This document shows, piece after piece, positions 1-6,575 of a stretch of 32,000 nt of DNA. A program made the position numbers and the translations under genes. The stretch lies in NCBI GenBank assembly GCA_028279805.1, contig JANQMZ010000007.1, positions 210,001 to 242,000 of the forward strand, given 5' to 3'. The DNA is from an archaeon. GTDB lineage: Archaea; Iainarchaeota; Iainarchaeia; Iainarchaeales; JANQMZ01. The notes under the pieces are model-generated. The model saw nothing but the letters and a program-made list of their open reading frames with translations, did no database searches and was not told where the DNA came from. Numbering within the stretch: position 1 is the stretch's first letter; each line of letters starts with the position of its first letter.

Positions 1-389
1 ATTGCTTTAAAGTTGCGTGCATAAAAAATTTCCAGAACAGTGTTCAGCAAAGCCAGAGCAAAAGCGTAAATGTTAATAAAAAAAGCCAACAATAAACCAA
101 AAGCAAATAATAAAATTGAAAAGTTTAGTGCCTGAGCTTTTGAAATTTTTCCTGAAGGAATCGGTCTTTGAGGTGCATTAATTTTATCAATTTCTGAGTC
201 AAAAAAATCATTCAAAACTATTCCTGCACCGGATATTACAAAAACAGAAATTAATGCCAAAATTAACGGAATTAAAAAAGAGCCAAAACCGATGAATCCT
301 AAGCTGACAAAAAAGCCAACCAGTACTCCAAGCATTGCCAAAAATCCGTCATTGGGCCTTAAAATTTTCCAATAATCTGTTAGTGCCAA
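1..389 (-). CDS. UbiA-family prenyltransferase, N-terminal part (3' end of the gene lies beyond the left edge); resembles digeranylgeranylglyceryl-phosphate synthase
   Basis: Not in the ORF track. My minus-strand translation from TTG at 389 reads MALTDYWKILRPNDGFLAMLGVLVGFFVSLGFIGFGSFLIPLILALISVFVISGAGIVLNDFFDSEIDKINAPQRPIPSGKISKAQALNFSILLFAFGLLLAFFINIYAFALALLNTVLEIFYARNFKA. It contains the N-terminal LRP motif and the first Asp-rich motif NDxxDxxxD followed by RPIPSG, and is strongly hydrophobic. An in-frame stop at 398-396 forces either a TTG start (389) or the internal ATG (335). Confidence 0.75.
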   Translation of the reverse strand, partial: MALTDYWKILRPNDGFLAMLGVLVGFFVSLGFIGFGSFLIPLILALISVFVISGAGIVLNDFFDSEIDKINAPQRPIPSGKISKAQALNFSILLFAFGLLLAFFINIYAFALALLNTVLEIFYARNFKA

Positions 390-683
390 ACAATTTCACC
401 TGTTTTTTAAAATAGTCAAACAAGTTAATTAAGTTTTTTTGACTTTGTGTTTTAATCTCAGTCTTTTGCTGCTGCATTTTCTGCATTTCAAGGGATGTTT
501 TCCCTCTGAACCCCTGTTTCTGGCGTTGCATTTCATGCAAATCCAGATATTGTTGAACAATCTTGCCTCAGCTTCCGCAAATTTTGCCAATTAAAACACC
601 TTTAAATCAGAATTAATAACTGTTATTAGGTTACATTTAAAAAGCATTTTATTGCCAAATTTCTGTTAGGCTACTTTTTAGCA

Positions 684-698
684 TTTTAACATTAAAAT
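684..698 (+). promoter_or_regulatory. Candidate TATA box for the tRNA-Glu transcript
   Basis: The AT-rich element attttaacattaaaa lies about 25-30 nt upstream of the first leader hairpin (716). This is the typical archaeal TATA-to-TSS spacing. The call rests on position only. Confidence 0.3.
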
Positions 699-715
699 GC
701 GAACGAAGTGAGCCG

Positions 716-760
716 GTGCCATTGCAAATGGCACGCGGAGTAACCGTACGCAATCGGTTT
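716..760 (+). repeat. Structured tRNA 5' leader module, copy A (hairpin GTGCCATT-GCA-AATGGCAC, GCGGAGT, hairpin AACCG-TACGCAAT-CGGTT)
   Basis: The module ends 1 nt before tRNA-Glu +1. The same architecture, with an identical 17-nt core CCGTACGCAATCGG plus GCGGAGT, is found at 8173-8222 abutting tRNA-Ala. Confidence 0.7.
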
Positions 761-835
761 GCCCCTGTGGTGTAGTTCGGTCAAGCATCCTGGCCTTTCA
801 AGCCAGTGACTCGGGTTCAAATCCCGGCAGGGGCA
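761..835 (+). tRNA. tRNA-Glu (anticodon UUC)
   Basis: The cloverleaf was read by hand. The acceptor is GCCCCTG/CAGGGGC with discriminator A. The anticodon stem is CTGGC/GCCAG with loop CTTTCAA (TTC). The T arm is TCGGG-TTCAAAT-CCCGG. No CCA is encoded. A run of eight T (837-844) follows. Confidence 0.92.
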
Positions 836-836
836 C

Positions 837-844
837 TTTTTTTT
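837..844 (+). terminator. Oligo-T terminator after tRNA-Glu
   Basis: There are eight consecutive T immediately after the tRNA 3' end. Archaeal RNA polymerase terminates at T-runs. Confidence 0.6.
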
Positions 845-880
845 GTTTCAAGCGCAGAAAAAAGCCAGTTAGTTAAATGC

Positions 881-1336
881 TTATTGAAAATCAAAAGGAA
901 GTTGTGTTATTCTTTTTAAATTTATTAAATGAATTTCTGTTTGTAAAATTTTCCGAACGTCTCTTCTTTTAACTGCCTGGCTTAATGTTAAATCTTCTTT
1001 GCCTTTTCCACTATGTGTTATAATTCCGCCTGCCCACATTGTTCCGTTTCGGTCCATTGTTACAGTTGTAACCAGAAAAAGGCGAGAATGATAAATACCG
1101 TCAACAGGTGTTTGATAAAATGCAATCACGCCCGGTTTTATTCCTATTCCGGAACGTGAATCAAATGTTGCATAACGAAGATCAACGGTTTCATGTTTTT
1201 TAAGTGCTTCAATTTTTCTTCTCAAATCTTGTTCAGAAATGATTTGCCTCCGCATTTTTCTTTTTGGATAACCCAGTTCTCCAAAAAAATGAGCTTCTTT
1301 AGGAGTTTGTTCAGGAATTCTTCTTTTTTCAAACAT
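881..1336 (-). CDS. Hypothetical protein (about 151 aa), second gene of a tightly coupled pair
   Basis: The ORF in the track is 881..1357. The ATG at 1336 (MFEKRRIPEQ...) lies 1 nt after the stop (1340-1338) of the upstream gene, which suggests translational coupling. I recognise no motif. Confidence 0.6.
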   Translation of the reverse strand: MFEKRRIPEQTPKEAHFFGELGYPKRKMRRQIISEQDLRRKIEALKKHETVDLRYATFDSRSGIGIKPGVIAFYQTPVDGIYHSRLFLVTTVTMDRNGTMWAGGIITHSGKGKEDLTLSQAVKRRDVRKILQTEIHLINLKRITQLPFDFQ

Positions 1337-1337
1337 T

Positions 1338-1802
1338 TTATTCCGCCAAAACAGCACTTGGATTTAATTCTTTTATTGGAAAAAGCCTTGCTTCTCGTTC
1401 CTCTCTTAACCTGAACAGAATTAAATCGTCTCCTTTTTTATAATTTGGAATGTCTTCAGGCAATTCTGAACGATGAGTCATTTTAATTACTGCATCAGGT
1501 TTTCCCTTAAAAATTATTTCAACGTAACCCCAGCACATTCTTTGCTTTGAATCCCACCACCGGATAACATCTCCGACTTTTAAGGCTCCAATAACACTGT
1601 GCCCGTGTTTTAATCTTCGCTGTTCTTCAATTTTTAATAATTCTGATTTGGAAATTTGCTGAACTGAAGTTAAAGGTTTTGAATCAATTTCACCGTTTTT
1701 TATTTCCAAAGTCATTCTGATTTTTTTGTTTGAACCGGCAACAAATTGTCTTGGTTTTTTCTCCGTTTTTTTCGGACGATGAACAGGCCTTCTTGTTCTC
1801 AT
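1338..1802 (-). CDS. Hypothetical protein with a basic N-terminus (about 154 aa)
   Basis: The ORF in the track is 1338..1871. The internal ATG at 1802 (MRTRRPVHRPKK...) sits about 21 nt downstream of a minus-strand TATA-like cttttataca, which fits a leaderless start. The longer form would add an odd MICFKLFSVES... extension. Confidence 0.6.
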   Translation of the reverse strand: MRTRRPVHRPKKTEKKPRQFVAGSNKKIRMTLEIKNGEIDSKPLTSVQQISKSELLKIEEQRRLKHGHSVIGALKVGDVIRWWDSKQRMCWGYVEIIFKGKPDAVIKMTHRSELPEDIPNYKKGDDLILFRLREEREARLFPIKELNPSAVLAE

Positions 1803-1885
1803 AATAATATGCAAGTGCCCGTTGTATAAAAGCTTTTTTGATTCAACAGAAAACAATTTAAAACAAATCATTCTATTGGTTAAAG

Positions 1886-2410
1886 ATGCAGTTAAAAAAA
1901 TTTTGGAAAGAGTTTTTGCTTGTATTTATTTTAACATTTGTTTTACAATTTTTGGCAGACTATTCTGATAACTTTGTTTCAGATGAAATTATCAGGGAAA
2001 ATTTGTTTTCACCGATTGTTTATCTGATTGCTTTTATTGTTTTAATGCTGCCATTGTTTGCAGCAATTATTGGAGGATATTTAATTTCAAAAAAATCTTT
2101 AAAAAAAACAGATTCAATGCTTGTTCCCGGAATTGCAGCCGCGCTTGCAGGAATTTTTTTGCTTTTAATTCCGTTAACACAGTTTTATTCTTTAAATGAT
2201 GCGGGATGGCAAGAAGAATTTTCAAAAGCAAAAACCGAAACTCAAAAACTTGGCTTAAACTTTTTTGAAGAAATGAATTTAGAGGATTTTAAAAATTTAA
2301 CAATTAATTCAACACTAATTGCTTTGCCTTTCATAGGCTTACTAAATCTGGCGTTCGGAATTGTAGGCGGACTTATCGGAAACTATTTGTATTCAAGAAA
2401 AAAAGGCTAA
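1886..2410 (+). CDS. Integral membrane protein, unknown function (about 4 TM segments)
   Basis: 174-aa ORF with several long hydrophobic stretches (LLVFILTFVLQFLA, IVYLIAFIVLMLPLFAAIIGGYLI, VPGIAAALAGIFLLLIPL, LIALPFIGLLNLAFGIVGGLIG). It is divergent from the 1338-1802 gene across a shared AT-rich promoter region. Confidence 0.7.
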   Translation: MQLKKFWKEFLLVFILTFVLQFLADYSDNFVSDEIIRENLFSPIVYLIAFIVLMLPLFAAIIGGYLISKKSLKKTDSMLVPGIAAALAGIFLLLIPLTQFYSLNDAGWQEEFSKAKTETQKLGLNFFEEMNLEDFKNLTINSTLIALPFIGLLNLAFGIVGGLIGNYLYSRKKG

Positions 2411-2517
2411 AAGTGCGTTAAAATTCGTTAATAAGCGTTAAAAGCAATCGTAAAACAGGAATATTTAAAAAGGATAAAAAATAGAAGTAGTTGAAGTATA
2501 TTTTTAGGAGGGATATA

Positions 2518-2886
2518 ATGGACCAACAGATAGGCGGATATGCCTTTTTAGGCGGTGCAGGATTAGCAATTTTGCTGGGACTGTTAGCAGGATTTGCGCC
2601 AACAACAGTTGATGCAAGCTTACAAGCATGGTTAGGATTCCTATTGGTAATTCTAGGTTTAATTGTAGGTTGGATGAACATTGGCGACAAAGATATCCAC
2701 GGTTTCCTATTAGCAGCAGTTGCTTTGCTATTAGTAGGCTCAGCTAACCTGGCAAGATTTGACATGATTCTACCATCATTGGGAACAGCACTTGATGCTA
2801 TTGTTACAAACATTTCATGGTTTGTAGCTCCAGCAGCATTGATTGTGGCCCTAAAATCCATTAAAGACCTTGGAAAAGGTATGTGA
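2518..2886 (+). CDS. Small integral membrane protein (122 aa), unknown function
   Basis: The Shine-Dalgarno-like aggagg lies 7 nt upstream of the ATG at 2518 (MDQQIGGYAFLGG...). The track ORF start at 2491 lies upstream of that SD. There are three to four TM segments, and a hairpin plus T-run follows. Confidence 0.75.
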   Translation: MDQQIGGYAFLGGAGLAILLGLLAGFAPTTVDASLQAWLGFLLVILGLIVGWMNIGDKDIHGFLLAAVALLLVGSANLARFDMILPSLGTALDAIVTNISWFVAPAALIVALKSIKDLGKGM

Positions 2887-2914
2887 AGCCCTCTAAAAGA
2901 GCTTCACTTTTTTT
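2883..2914 (+). terminator. Hairpin plus T-run terminator
   Basis: GTGAAGC (2883-2889) pairs with GCTTCAC (2901-2907) and is followed by a run of T, directly at the stop codon of the 2518-2886 gene. Confidence 0.6.
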
Positions 2915-3029
2915 CTTTTTTTTCTATTTTTTATTGTTTTTTGGCATTTAGCTGTAAAAACGGCAAATTTGAAATAATTTTATAACGTTAAACAATAGGT
3001 TTAAATATATCTTTTGAGGCTATAGTATT

Positions 3030-3422
3030 ATGAACAAGCATATTTTTGGTAAAACCCTGATGTTTTTACTTGTTTTAATTTTAACAATGAGCACAGTTTT
3101 TGCATACCATGGGGGCAATTATCACAGGGATTACACTGCTTATGGCAAGTTAGCCTATGGCCATGACTATGATTACAGGTATCATAGCAAAAGCCATACA
3201 AGCATTCGTTACCATAAGGATCCGTGCAATACAAGTTTTGGAATTGATTATCACAGGAAAGGCAATCATTATGGTTTTGATTATTCTAAAAGCAGATGCT
3301 ATGGCCATGGCATAAGATATCATTCAGCTTATTATTCGCCTGGAAGATATTATTATGGAGGCCATTATCCTTACAGCGGCGCTCATTATTATTATAAACC
3401 AAATTACTACTACTATAGTTAA
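3030..3422 (+). CDS. Secreted Tyr/His/Gly-rich low-complexity protein (130 aa)
   Basis: The N-terminus looks like a signal peptide (MNKHIFGKTLMFLLVLILTMSTVFA). The mature part has about 28 Tyr and many His in about 105 aa, with recurring YH, DY and YYY(Y) units and two Cys. A TATA-like tttaaatata lies about 20 nt upstream of the ATG. Confidence 0.7.
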   Translation: MNKHIFGKTLMFLLVLILTMSTVFAYHGGNYHRDYTAYGKLAYGHDYDYRYHSKSHTSIRYHKDPCNTSFGIDYHRKGNHYGFDYSKSRCYGHGIRYHSAYYSPGRYYYGGHYPYSGAHYYYKPNYYYYS

Positions 3423-3454
3423 AGCATTGCAGGAATTTTTTAAAGTGATTTAAA

Positions 3455-3616
3455 ATGCCTAAGCATAATCATGTCAGCAAAGCATTTTTAAAAATTTTAA
3501 AAAGCGTTGAAGAAGAATTAAGTTTTCTGGATGTAAAAAAAGACGCTGATGAATTCAGAACAAAGCTAAGAAAATCTTCAAGAGTGGCAAAACACAAAAA
3601 CTGGGATTTGGTTTAA
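3455..3616 (+). CDS. Possible small protein (53 aa), unknown function
   Basis: Below the ORF-track cutoff. My translation is MPKHNHVSKAFLKILKSVEEELSFLDVKKDADEFRTKLRKSSRVAKHKNWDLV. It fills an otherwise empty gap but has no recognisable motif. Confidence 0.3.
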   Translation: MPKHNHVSKAFLKILKSVEEELSFLDVKKDADEFRTKLRKSSRVAKHKNWDLV

Positions 3617-3670
3617 GTTTTTAAAACCTTTCACTTGTTTTTTAATAATCAAAAATTTCAGGTTATTTTA

Positions 3671-3802
3671 ATGGGAACAAAAAGCAAGGACACAAGCCGG
3701 TTTAAAAAAACCAAGGCAAGACAAAGATGGAAATGGAAAAAGAAAAAAATGCGTGAAAAAAAACGCAAAAAAAGATACTTAAAAGCAAGAGCTAAAAGCT
3801 AA
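3671..3802 (+). CDS. Very basic 43-aa protein, candidate ribosomal protein eL41-like
   Basis: Below the ORF-track cutoff. My translation is MGTKSKDTSRFKKTKARQRWKWKKKKMREKKRKKRYLKARAKS. The R-x-R-W-K-W-K-K-K...KR..R pattern resembles what I recall of archaeal and eukaryotic L41e peptides (from memory, not verified). Confidence 0.45.
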   Translation: MGTKSKDTSRFKKTKARQRWKWKKKKMREKKRKKRYLKARAKS

Positions 3803-4722
3803 ATTTTTTGTTCAATTTTTTCAACAAGACCGGAAAACAAATTGTTTTCAATTAATGAAGCCAACTCGTTTTTGTGAATTTTTTTCAAAGCTTTTTCAAT
3901 TAAAGGAGGAATTTTTTCACTTGTTTTAATCAATTGTTTTTTGATTAGAGGCAATTGTTTTAATTCTTTTTCTGAAAAAGCTTTATCTGCATTTTTTTGT
4001 TTTTGAATTCTTTGTTTTAAAATTTGTTCAGCTTCTTTAACATAATTTTCAATGTAAAGATTTAATCTTTGCGCTGAAACTTTTTCATTTGAAAAAACAA
4101 TTGCAGCTAATTCGTTTGACAATTGCAATTCAATACTGCTTTTTGCATTAAAGCCACGCAGTTCTTTAAATGATTGAAATATATGGCGAACCTCATGTTC
4201 TAAAATTGAATTAAAATAATCTGATTCCAGTAAAAAGTTTTCAATAGTGTGAGAATTTTTTTGTTGCTGCATTGCTTTTTTTACTTCATTTAAGTCAAAA
4301 ATTCCAACTGAAACCAGTCCGGTTAATTCTTTTAATTCAAACAATTCAGGTTTTAAGAAAAGCAAAGCTTTTTGAGTTCCCTTAAAACCAAATTTTTCTT
4401 TTAATTTCTGAGAATTTGGGGAAGCAATCAGAAAGCCTATGCCATAATAAAACGCTTTTGCTGCAATTACATCACTTTTGTTCAGATTAATGCCAAAAAT
4501 TTTTTTAAAAAATTTTTTCGGATTCAAAACTTTTGAAGAATATTTTGAAACAATTTTTGATTTTTGTTCAAAATTTCTAACCATTTTATCAAGCTGTTCT
4601 TTTTCTTCGGGAACAACACAACATCTTTGGTTAACAACATGAAAAGCTTTTTTTGGATTTAAGCCTTGTTTGATTAATTCCTGAAAAACAGTTTCAGCTT
4701 TTTCCAGTGAAAGCATGTTCAA
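3799..4722 (-). CDS. Hypothetical protein with a single HExxH motif (307 aa)
   Basis: The ORF contains LEHEVRHIF (HEVRH). Otherwise it is Lys/Glu-rich and looks helical. It is co-directional with the UbiA gene at 4750-5652 and lies 27 nt downstream of it. Confidence 0.65.
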   Translation of the reverse strand: MNMLSLEKAETVFQELIKQGLNPKKAFHVVNQRCCVVPEEKEQLDKMVRNFEQKSKIVSKYSSKVLNPKKFFKKIFGINLNKSDVIAAKAFYYGIGFLIASPNSQKLKEKFGFKGTQKALLFLKPELFELKELTGLVSVGIFDLNEVKKAMQQQKNSHTIENFLLESDYFNSILEHEVRHIFQSFKELRGFNAKSSIELQLSNELAAIVFSNEKVSAQRLNLYIENYVKEAEQILKQRIQKQKNADKAFSEKELKQLPLIKKQLIKTSEKIPPLIEKALKKIHKNELASLIENNLFSGLVEKIEQKI

Positions 4723-4749
4723 TTAATGGTTTGAAAATATTTAAATCTT

Positions 4750-5652
4750 TTAGAAAAACAGATATAATGCTATAAATCCTGCTATGAACAAAAAATTGTG
4801 AAAGTATACGGCTCGATAAAGAAATCCGATGTCCGCCTGGTGCGGCCTTCGCAAAGCATTCCAGTAAATTGGCAAAAAAAACAATGAAACAAAAGCCAGC
4901 AAAGCAAACCTTGAAGGCAAAAAACCTATTACCTGTTCGTTTAATCTGAAAAGCTCGTTAAAGCTTAACAATGTAAAAGACAATGCGCCGATTATTAAGG
5001 AAAAGTATGACAAAATTCTTATTTTCCTCTCACCAAAAACCGCAGCAGAACTTTTATAACCTAATTTTTGTTCATGTTGTTTGCTTGACAACCTGTACAA
5101 GGCATATCCTCCGAATTGCACTCCCAAAACAAACAACACAGCTAACAATGGAGCTGAAAAATTTGGAACAAATAATGTCCAGCCGGCATAAAACCTGAAA
5201 AACGGATTAATCAAGGAACCTGAAATCAAATCAAAAGGAGCTTTTTTTTTCAGATTAAAAGGTTTTAAAGTGTAAAAAATCTGGTTAACAAGCATTGCAG
5301 TTAAACAAATTAAAAAATAAAAATTTAAAGAAAAAGCAATAAGAAAAGAAAAAAGTATTAAAAAAATTGCAAAAATTAAAGCATGCCGTGGCAAAACTTT
5401 TCCTGAAGGAATTGGCCGAAATTTTTTAACCTTGTGCTTCAAATCAGCTTCCCAGTCAGTATAATCATTCAAAGTATACAGGCCGGACCATAATGCTGCA
5501 ACAGCAATAAAACCATACAAAAACAAATTAAAATCAAGAGAAACAGGAATAACGTAAGAAGCAATGATTACAGCAATAATCATATTGCCAAAACTTTTAG
5601 TCCATTCAGCCGGACGCATTAAATGAATTAAACCGTTTAAAAAAGAAAGCAT
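4750..5652 (-). CDS. UbiA-superfamily prenyltransferase (300 aa, polytopic)
   Basis: It carries the motif YTLNDYTDWEADLKHKVKKFRPIPSGKV (NDxxDxxxDxxH...K..RP..SG), the N-terminal LMRPAEW, and 8-9 hydrophobic segments. The Asp-rich motif followed by H and K-x-F-RP resembles the decaprenyl-phosphate phosphoribosyltransferase-like branch (from memory). Confidence 0.85.
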   Translation of the reverse strand: MLSFLNGLIHLMRPAEWTKSFGNMIIAVIIASYVIPVSLDFNLFLYGFIAVAALWSGLYTLNDYTDWEADLKHKVKKFRPIPSGKVLPRHALIFAIFLILFSFLIAFSLNFYFLICLTAMLVNQIFYTLKPFNLKKKAPFDLISGSLINPFFRFYAGWTLFVPNFSAPLLAVLFVLGVQFGGYALYRLSSKQHEQKLGYKSSAAVFGERKIRILSYFSLIIGALSFTLLSFNELFRLNEQVIGFLPSRFALLAFVSLFFLPIYWNALRRPHQADIGFLYRAVYFHNFLFIAGFIALYLFF

Positions 5653-5780
5653 AAGAAATAAAAGTGAAATTAAGCTTTTTTTAATGTTTTGGATAAAAAA
5701 ACAAATCCAAAAAATGCCTCAATTTAATTCTTTTTAAATGAGAAACTTTTATAAAACTCAAAAAACAATGTTTTACTGAA

Positions 5781-6251
5781 ATGCCAAAAAAAATGCCACA
5801 TGAAACGCCTCGAGAAAAAGGCAACCAAAAACATTCGGGAAGACCCGGAGAGAGAAGTGCAAATGTTTCTGAGGAGTTAAAAAGAATAACCGGGGAATTG
5901 GAAAACACAGATCCTTATGCCAGAGAAAAAGCCAAAGCCGACCTTATACACTTAAGAGGCCCGGAAGTTGCACAGGAACTAATAAGAGCATTAAATCATC
6001 CTAATCCAGAGGTCAGAATTGAAATTGTCAGAAAACTTGGAGTTATGGAAGACCCGCAAACAGTAAACGCATTAGCAAGAATACTAGAAGAAGATTCTGA
6101 TGTCAGAGTCAGAGCTGCAGCTATCGGAACACTTGGAAACATCGGAGGCCCTGAAGCAGTATCAGCGCTGGAAAAAGCACAAAATGATTCCAACCGCCAA
6201 ATCAGGGAAGAAGCTGGCTGGACACTTGGACAAGCAAAAAGAAAACAATAA
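5781..6251 (+). CDS. HEAT-repeat (PBS-lyase HEAT-like) protein (156 aa)
   Basis: There are three tandem units of the D/N-P-x-V-R-x-x-A-x-x-x-L-G type (NHPNPEVRIEIVRKLG, EEDSDVRVRAAAIGTLG, NDSNRQIREEAGWTLG). A TATA-like ttttataaa lies about 27 nt upstream of the ATG. Confidence 0.75.
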   Translation: MPKKMPHETPREKGNQKHSGRPGERSANVSEELKRITGELENTDPYAREKAKADLIHLRGPEVAQELIRALNHPNPEVRIEIVRKLGVMEDPQTVNALARILEEDSDVRVRAAAIGTLGNIGGPEAVSALEKAQNDSNRQIREEAGWTLGQAKRKQ

Positions 6252-6268
6252 AAAAAATAAAAAATTTC

Positions 6269-6284
6269 GAGAAAGCTTTATAAA
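6269..6284 (+). promoter_or_regulatory. Candidate BRE/TATA promoter of the rRNA operon
   Basis: cgagaaag followed by ctttataaa (TATA at 6277-6284) lies about 290 nt upstream of the mature 16S 5' end and directly after the HEAT gene stop. A second AT-rich box at about 6450-6465 could be a second promoter. Confidence 0.45.
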
Positions 6285-6497
6285 CCTCGTTAAATACTAT
6301 TAGTAGGGGCTGAGGAAATAACTGAGAGACTTTTACCCTCTTTTCAATTGAAAAGAAAAAGGTGAAAATCTCATCTATTTACCCATTTTTAGCCAAATTT
6401 TAGGTTTAAAGCTCCGCATCAAAAAAATAATTGAAAAATTTTTTCAGATGCATAAAATTAAATGAGCACTTTCGCTTTTGAAAGTGTGATGTATAAC

Positions 6498-6526
6498 ACC
6501 TGTGAACATGGGAAATTCGTACAGCT
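6498..6526 (+). other. 5' arm of the 16S processing stem with a bulge-helix-bulge motif
   Basis: ACCTGTGAAC-a-TGGG-aaa-TTCGTACAGCT is complementary to 8075-8103 (AGCTGTACGAA-CCCA-aaaa-GTTCACAGGT). This gives 11 bp, a 3-nt bulge, a 4-bp helix, a bulge on the opposite strand, and then 10 bp. Confidence 0.8.
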
Positions 6527-6575
6527 AAGCTGAACAAATTAACCCATAAGTGCAAACAATTCTATTAGTACCCAA

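Noticed and set aside
349-540. 63-aa minus-strand ORF (MHEMQRQKQ...)
   Set aside because: Its last 41 nt overlap the strongly supported N-terminus (LRP motif) of the UbiA gene in another frame. It has no motif and a Gln/Lys-rich low-complexity composition. I cannot exclude a real small upstream gene, but I do not call it.
2418-2861. 147-aa minus-strand ORF opposite the 2518-2886 membrane protein gene
   Set aside because: The plus-strand frame has an SD (aggagg), regular TM-helix periodicity and a terminator. The minus-strand product is a Pro/Asn/Ala-rich translation with no start context.
836-5700. Possible integrated mobile element using tRNA-Glu as an attachment site (a run of hypothetical genes follows the tRNA)
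   Set aside because: I found no direct repeat of the tRNA 3' half downstream. There is no integrase, transposase or other mobile-element gene, and the composition is similar to the rest of the window.
5681-5908. 75-aa minus-strand ORF overlapping the start of the HEAT-repeat gene
   Set aside because: It overlaps the promoter and 5' end of a gene with a recognisable repeat structure, and it has no supporting motif.
5781-6251. Higher GC in the HEAT-repeat gene (about 40-42 percent in hand-counted 60-nt lines) and in 12580-13476 (about 47 percent in one line), versus about 27 percent in argS, taken as evidence of horizontal transfer
   Set aside because: Hand-counted lines inside the core atpB gene are also GC-richer (around 50 percent). 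Local GC therefore tracks amino-acid composition and constraint rather than foreign origin. A proper sliding-window GC and codon-usage analysis would be needed.
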